NCBI RefSeq assembly: GCF_036321535.1
Contig: NC_087437.1
Span: forward strand, 55,926,001-55,990,000
From: Camelus dromedarius
Lineage: Eukaryota
Length of the DNA stretch: 64,000 bases
Direction of reading: 5' to 3'
Positions 56,781 to 64,000 of this stretch are shown piece by piece (within the stretch, counting starts at the first letter, position 1; every line of letters begins with the position of its first letter). Below the pieces are notes generated by a model, which ran no database searches, had not been told where the DNA came from, and was given only the letters and a program-made list of their open reading frames with translations. The translations under genes were made by a program, and so were the position numbers.

Positions 56781-59159
56781 ACATGAGCACATTATAATAC
56801 AAACAATGAGCTATCCCATGTGGAAGCTAGGGCTGGCACAGACTGAGCTGGCCTTAACGAACTTGACCGTGTGAAAACAAAGTTTGTTGTTCTAACCGTT
56901 CACGCATGCTTAGCTTCTGCCTGGTTTTTATTATGATAAATGGAGATGGATGTTGTTTTTCCCTAGTGACCCATTTAAAAAGTTCTAGCTGGCCATCACT
57001 TCCCTGGAGCCAAGAGCCTAATTGCTCACTACCAGAGTTAGGTCTCTGCAGCCATCAGCAGCCAGATCACATTGTTTATCCCAGACTGCACAAAGGTGGC
57101 ATCACTTGAATGTATTTGTCAAATATGATTTCCAAATGGCAAATAAACTGTGGATTCAGGCTTTCTGCTTCTAAGACAGCCTTTAAAAATCATCAGTGAA
57201 GTAGCTTAATAGAGACTGGCACTGATTTTTCTGTTCTTGAGAATACAAAAATTTTTTTCAAGACTTTTTTGTGTATCTGCAACATCGTTTCATGAAATAA
57301 CAAAGTGATGGGTACAAATTGCTTGTCATAGATGAGGAGGAGTGTGAGCATCAAAGTTTGGGTTTACTTCCTGTTTCTCCCATAAGCACCCCTGTTTCCT
57401 GAGTGGATTGCAGATGGAGGAAAATTTATCAGGGAAAAGAAGTCACACATTGGGCTGTGGCTTGTTCAACACTGTACCAGTGCTGGGATAACACTGGCCA
57501 CAGCTTGCCAAAACTGATGGTTTGGGGAGGGGCTCTTGGGTTTACTGAGCATATAGAGAACTGCTGTCACTACAGTTTCTAACGTCTCCATCCATTTTGG
57601 TCTCCCTTCCATTTTGTGTTTATGATCAAATCAAACATTCCACCCAAAGCACTCCAGTCTGAGAATTACAAGGAAAACAAACAAGCAAATCAAAAGCTTT
57701 CACACTTGTACGTTTTTGCTATAAATATGCCACACACCTCTATGAAATACAAACTCTCTCTTGCTGTTACCAGGATGGGGAGATTTCCTTCAAAAAATAT
57801 TTCAAAACTTTCACTTCAGCTCATGTGAAAGAAAGCACCATGGCTACAGACTAAAGAGTTTCGCTCCAAAGACCCCTCTCGGAGGGGACTTCAAGAAGAG
57901 ATGAAGGTCCCTTCAGGTATTTATTTAACCCATCAAGCTGACTAAAGAGTACCCCTAACCCGATAGGCTACAGGGTCTTACTAAAGAGGTGGTTTTGATG
58001 ACAGAGTTATTTCAGTGTTCCATAAGCTCCTCTGGCGTCACACCTGAACTTTTTGAAACATTTAGCCACAGCAATCACCTTTGGGCTGCGTTGTAGATTA
58101 AATATCCATCCCATATACACAGGTTAAACATAAAACTGAACATTTTCTCTGGACCTCAGTCGATAGACTGTGTTGGAAAGAAGTTCCAGTTTATCTGAAT
58201 TCCCGAGGCGGTTAAAGCTTGGAGAAAATCTGCTTACTTACTGAACATATCAGATAGTATCCATTTTTCTGTTACTTTTTTGGCACCTGAAGTGGTCTTA
58301 TGAGCACTAACTTCTATCCCAGATAGCCAGGGCTAGAAAGGCCCTTTGCCTCACATAGGACCACGGCTTTATTTTACAGGTGGATAGAATATTTGCATAG
58401 AAAATTAGTGGCAAGACTATGGTTAGAATATCCATTTTTTAATTAAAACATTCGCAAACACATATTTGGGATTTTAATCCCTGTAATTTCAAAGCAGAAG
58501 TGAGTTCATGCATATCTGGTCCAAGTAACAAGTATTTGCTGATCACCTCTGGCATAGGAAAAAACTATGATAGATGGCCTCTGAAGATATCAAATATTTG
58601 CAATATAGTCCTTGACCTTTTATTAAATACAACCCAACCGGGCAAGGAGACATATCCACACTGTTCATATCAAGAGCTAAGGATGTACAGGATTAGAGGA
58701 CAGAGCAAGTGGGCTACAGGCAACATAGTGCTGTCAAAATTCAGAGATATTGAAACCACAGTAACCTGGAAGGTACAGGGACAACCTCACTGAGAAAGCG
58801 GGACTGAGATGGGGTCTTGAAGAGTAGAAAACATCTGGCTGTCCCACAGAATGAGGTGAGCAGAAAGAAACAGGGGTGACTCAGATGTTTTCAGAGAATA
58901 GTCATTTGGCTGAACTGGCTTACGTGGAAGCTCTGGATTGCAGAGTAATGGAAAACAAGGTTGAACGGGCTGGAATTTGGGGATCTTTGAACACCACACT
59001 GAGGTGTTCTGATTTTTATTCTTGGATAAAGAGACCCAGATGTATCTATGTGTGCATGTATGTGAATGTAGTCAGTGAAAATCTCTGCTTAATTTAAAAA
59101 AAAAGAATTTGAAAAATAAAAACTACACTATTTGAGGTAGCTATGAAAAATCTTTTCTT

Positions 59160-59380
59160 ATGACTGTTTTTTGGAGCAATTTTAGGGTCACAGCAAGATT
59201 GAGAGGAAGAAAAAAACCCAGGATTTCCAACATTCCCTGTGCCACCAAATAGGCATTGCCTCCCCCATTACCAACATCCCCAACCAGAGTGGTACATGTG
59301 TTACAGCTGAGAGACCTACCTCAACACATCATAATCAGCCAAAGATCACAGGGATTACTCTTAGGAATGTACATTCTGGG
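59160..59380 (-). mobile_element. L1MB-type 3' end
   Basis: GAGCAATTTTAGGGTCACAGCAAGATTGAG...CCAGAGTGGTACATGTGTTACAGCTGA matches the recalled L1MB3/4 3' end. Confidence 0.7.
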
Positions 59381-61776
59381 TAAAATGACATCATATTGAG
59401 GAATATGAATGAAAGTAAACTTCATTAACTTTGATGAAAGACTGGCTTTAATTGTAGAATCATCATCTAGATGATTCCAGAATCCCAAAATGGAAGGCTG
59501 AAAAGCGAAGACTGGTCCTTAGACATCATTTGGTGTAAAACTTCCTTCTCTACTATACTTACATGAATACGATAACTAAAATACAGAGCAAAAAATTGTT
59601 CTCAGGTCACATGAATCCTAAAAGTGCTAGCTCCCACAACTTTATCTTCGAATTCCAAAGTTAATGGTGTTTCTAGAAAAACTTCATTGCATCTAAGACA
59701 AAGTGGCCAATCCTCTTTATTCAGCAAGAAAATGGAGCGTGTACCATTTTGGAAAAGTGCATTTAAAAAAGTTATACCCAAAATATATCCCTCCAAAAGA
59801 GATAAAAGAACACTTTGCTCCATGCCACCCAAAATAAGCCAAATTAAAGTTGCAAAGTGTCTGCTAAGGAGTATAGACGAGAACTATAGGCTTAGGTTCA
59901 AATGAAGAGACTGGTTTGAATTGAACCACTGCCTAAAAAAATCATATCAAATAGACTATAAAATTATATTCAGCGGTTAAAAAAACTCGGAGTTCTGATT
60001 TTGACTTTGCGCATACTGTGGTTTACACTGGCTTCCTTCCCCTTAAAATGTTATGTTGGGACAGAGTTTAGCAGCTGTGTGTTTGGTTTATACCAAGAAA
60101 AGATTGCCATTATGATCTTCCACATATGGAGATCAATGTCCCCACTTAGTCTGCACAGGACAACATAATCTTTATATTTCTAGGGATATTGGAGTTCAGG
60201 CTATTCTATTTTGTCTTTCAGTTCAAACTGGCCAACATTTAATGAAGGTCCTATGCTGGATGGGGGCAGTAGGGAGAAAAGTGAGATAATTTCTGCTTTT
60301 TAGAGATAATCTGGGGGATCGAGTGGGAAATCAGACAAATACCTTTAAGCCAGAGTTGAGTATTGGACCATACAGAAGTAAAAACAAATAGCCTGAGGAC
60401 TGAAAGTAGGAAAACACACTACGAAATAGGCAGATTTGGATCTAGAAAATCTTCATGGAGATCTTACTATGAATATGGTATTTTAGCAGACCCTGAAAGA
60501 TGGATGGAATATCAACAGACAGAGGTGCCAGGAAGGGCATGTCACCACTGGTAAGGACACCAATAAAAAGTGTTATTTGTGTGCAAGGATTAGTTTGCTG
60601 GGAGTACAAGTGTTGGAAGCAGGGTTTAGAGTAGATGAGAATACTTCAAAAATAGGCTGGGGCCAAAGCGGTATGGGCTTGAAGCTAAGCACATGTTGTG
60701 TCATATTTGGGGGAGCACTGGAAACGTTCAGGGCAAATGGAGTGATTTGAATCTTTTGAAACTCTCTTCTGGAAACATCTCCATCTCAGTGGAAAGGAGT
60801 AAGTCTAGGCTATTGGTTCTACTAGAAACAGAGGACAGTCTATAGTGAGACAGGCAGCTGAGATCAGTCCCACTGAGCTCCAGGGGTCAGCACACTCAAC
60901 TCCCTCCAGTCAGCTCTCCACCTGCCCTTGTATCCTGAGCATTATGGAACCAGGCCACAAAATCACACTCTGAAAACATCGGGCATGCCAATAAAGTGTG
61001 AAATTGCTACATATCCCATTGCTGGAAGACCCACTTTCTGTTAATCTAAAGCCTTATATATTCTAAAGACTCCATTGAAAGTCTGATTTTCAACCAGAAA
61101 GAGATCCCAGCCAAGTTATTAAATGAATGTAGCCTTCCATCTGGGAGTTGCCACCTCTACTCTTTCTACCCAGAAGAACATGGGGTATGACTACAAAATA
61201 ATACAAGCACGGTTCATTCTTTTCCTTTGAAAACACTCTCATGAGGCACTAAAGGAATTCTCACTTGCCTCCACTTGGAGTCAGTGAGATAGAGACAGAG
61301 ATTCTGTTACATTTTCATCAATTGTTGCCTCACGCCCCATGTGAGCAAAGGATGTTTCTGTGCGAAAGGCTACAGGAGTTACAACGATCAACCTTGCGCT
61401 TTCCTGTTCAGACACTGAGGATGCTGAGAACTCTAAGAGTCAAAGGGAGACGGATGGGAGCCTAAATCCTACTCCTCCTGCTCCCAGCTCTAATGGAAAG
61501 GAAGCTCAGAGCAAGTGCCTGGATGCAATGTGAAGAGAGTAAAGTACCTGTGTGTATACCCAAGATAAACAACAGTCTCCTGCCACTTACTCTATGAGGA
61601 AATTTAACATAAATAATTACAAGTTGTTATCAGATGTAGACTGGGCAGATATTAATATCCTGATTTCATGATGAGAAAAATGAAGCTCCTAGAAGCTCAG
61701 TAATAATAATGGCCACTATTATTCCATATATCACATGCCAGAGACAGGAAATAAGTGTCTTACACATATTACCCCG

Positions 61777-62189
61777 TGTTCATGGGCTGAATCGTATCCT
61801 CTAAGGCTGATGTGTGAATTCAGGTGAACCCTAACCCCAGGACCTAAGAATGTGACTGTATTTGGAGACAGGGCCTTTAAAGAGGTAATTATATTGAAAT
61901 GAGGCCTTTAGGATAGTCCCTAATCCAATTTGACTGGTGTCTATAAGACAAAAAAGATTAGGACACAGAGAGAATCAGGAGCACTGGGGCATGGAGGAAA
62001 AGACCACTTGAAGACACAGGGAGAAGGCGACGGCCAGCAAGTCAAGGAGAGAGGCTTCAGAAGGAAGCAAACCCTCAGACACCTTGATCTGGAACTTCTA
62101 GCCTCCAGAACTGGGAGAAAATAAGTGTCTGCTGTTTAAGCCACCCAGTCTGGGGTGTTCTGTTACGGCAGCCCTGGCAAACCAATAGA
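61777..62189 (+). mobile_element. MLT1B-like solo LTR, inserted into a MIR
   Basis: AGAATGTGACTGTATTTGGAGACAGGGCCTTTAAAGAGGTAATT...GCCTCCAGAACTGGGAGAAAATAA...TTTAAGCCACCCAGTCT. Confidence 0.85.
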
Positions 62190-63499
62190 CCACATTTTAA
62201 CAATGAAATTATTAGTGAGGTAGGAATCAATAGCTTCACTTACAGTTGAGAAAACTAAAAATCATAAGTAATTGACTTTAAACCCAATGATGTCTTTCGC
62301 CTCTCTGCTATATTTTCCCAAGTGGTAAGCTGGTGAGAAACAATTCAAGTAACTATATTAAAGCACTGTAATGTTTAATTCAGTGTTCTCTTCACCAAAG
62401 TATCATGAAATTGCCTTGGTAGGCCCATTTTGACATTAACGCAGCATGGGAAACAAGATTATGGAAAACATGGAGTTCCAAATGAAAATTAAAATACCTG
62501 GCTTCCTTTATAATTTCCCAGGATAAGGCAAAAAAAAAAAAAAAATCAAGGCAAATGAATCTTCTCTTCTAGGCATTCTGGAATGTACATCTGTTTTTAT
62601 TTATGGTACTTAAACCTCCCATTGTGGTTTATTCTGAAAAGGAGTTTGATCAAGACTCTCTTCCTCTAAGCATATCATTTCACTTTATTGTAAGTAAAGA
62701 AGTGCTTATAATAATGCAGAAAGCTCACAAAGGAAAGATACATTCCTGGGATTACTTTAATTAGCTGGTAAAGTTCCTGGAAAAAAAAACAAAACTGAAA
62801 ATCCATCATACCAGAGAATCAGACAGAGAAGTTGGCCCGGGAAATGTCATCCTAATTTTGTAAAGCAGAATTTCTAAGACTCCATGCAAACTCTGATCTG
62901 GTCAAATTAAAAGTGAAGTTTTTAACAACAGGGTTGGACTCTAGCACAGCATAATCCTTTGGTAGAATATTATCCACCCACTGAGACTAATGAGCCCTGC
63001 AAAGATGCTCGTGAACATATTTGAAAGAAAAAAGCAGACTGGATAAAACGATGTGTAGTTTGAATCCATGGATGGGATATAAATCCATAAGAAAAATGTT
63101 ACTCACCCAATGTTAATGGGATCTGTGTTCAAGTAGAGGCAGGGAACTTCAGGACTTAATTAATCAACCACTATTTTTTTTCCTGTTTTCTAATCTATTA
63201 TTTATCCTGTCATGAAGTAACAGAAATGGAAGTAGAATGAGAAAGTAAGCAAAAGTCCAGGTTTATCATGATTTCCTGCCTAAAGAAATATACTAGACAA
63301 GGAAGCACTTAATCTTGGAAGAAAGTCTTTTAATGCCATCAGTGAATTTGCTTTCTCTAGTTTAAGTCAGACAAGTGGAATTCTGAGATGCTGTGTGTGA
63401 GTGAGTGTGTGCACTTGCGTGTGCGTGAGCGTTCGTGCGTGTGTGAAGGGCATCATAATTAACTAAATGCACAAGGGCAAATAGCTATGGGGAACTTGC

Positions 63500-64000
63500 T
63501 TGTGAACTCCTGTTCTCTTAATCTGTTTCCCACACTGAAGTCAGAATGCTCTTTCTAAAATGCGAATCTGATCTTACCCCTGTCTGATTTAAACATTCAA
63601 AGGCTCTCCCCGTCTGAGGGCAAATCCATATTCCTTAAGTGACTCCCAAGCTCCTGCCTGATCAGTTCTGGTTTACCTGCCCAGACTCCTCACTATTCTC
63701 TATTGCTTTCTGGACTACAGTCCTGTTGAATTTGATCCATTTACTCTCTACCTTCTGAGTTCCTACGTTCCTTTTTTCAGAAAATTCTCCTTCTGAATCT
63801 CTGCCTAATTATTTCTTACTCATCTTTAGTGGTTTGCTTAGACATCATTTTCTCTGCTGTGTCTGCCACGAAGAACCAAGTCCCATATGCCGGGACAGAC
63901 CCCTGAACTCCCTCTTATAGTGCCTCCCTCACAGTAGTCCAGCCATCCAGGGACATACCTGAGTTCTCCACTGGTTCTCTATGGGCAGAGTTCTGAAGAT
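63500..64000. mobile_element. L2 fragment
   Basis: TCAGAATGCTCTTTCTAAAATGCGAATCTGATC...TTAAACATTCAAAGGCTCTCCC. Confidence 0.6.

Noticed and set aside
55630..57890. Short hairpins (TGACGGTGA-acag-TCACTGTCA near 55633; AAGACCCCTC-tcg-GAGGGGACTT near 57868) as ncRNAs
   Set aside because: Stems of 9-10 bp are too short for pre-miRNA or snoRNA and are compatible with chance.
11516..60990. p53/p63 response elements (AAGCATGTCC 11516, GAACATGTTC near 50693, GGGCATGCCA 60981)
   Set aside because: Only isolated half-sites; no correctly spaced second decamer was found.
1..64000. The many 60-170 aa ORFs in the six-frame track as independent genes
   Set aside because: Apart from those overlapping P3H2 exons, they have no recognisable domains, often start at non-ATG codons, and overlap TEs or microsatellites; this is expected noise in mammalian DNA.
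49297..64000. P3H2 exon 1 or promoter within the window
   Set aside because: No CpG island or signal-peptide/Pro-rich coding exon is present; the region reads as AT-rich intron 1.

Overview
Mammalian genomic DNA, most likely camelid (tRNA-Ala-like Vic-type SINEs and cetartiodactyl-type L1 3' ends). The window holds coding exons 2-15 of P3H2 (LEPREL1, prolyl 3-hydroxylase 2) on the minus strand. All 14 exons were mapped by hand with GT-AG boundaries. They join into a continuous 1647-nt frame (548 aa + TAA) with the 2OG/Fe(II) HxD...H...R motif intact and a C-terminal KDEL. The 3' UTR is about 0.9 kb with an AATAAA at 16778-16783. Exon 1 lies beyond the right edge, so 49297-64000 is intron 1; 1-16750 is 3' intergenic DNA (toward TP63 if human synteny holds). 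The rest is TE-rich: L1, L2, MIR, MLT1, MER, MADE2, SINEs and microsatellites. No prokaryote-type or wholly new gene system is supported. The best leads are hypotheses about RNA processing and regulation: (i) an alternating -/+/-/+ array of L1 3' ends around catalytic exon 14; (ii) inverted SINE pairs bracketing frame-preserving exon blocks (9-11, 4-8) that could form stop-free circles; (iii) a possible KDEL-less intron-14 read-through isoform; (iv) two co-oriented CTCF motifs; (v) a twin-primed inverted L1. Exon and residue numbering follows human P3H2 as recalled; repeat names are by recalled consensus, not a database search.
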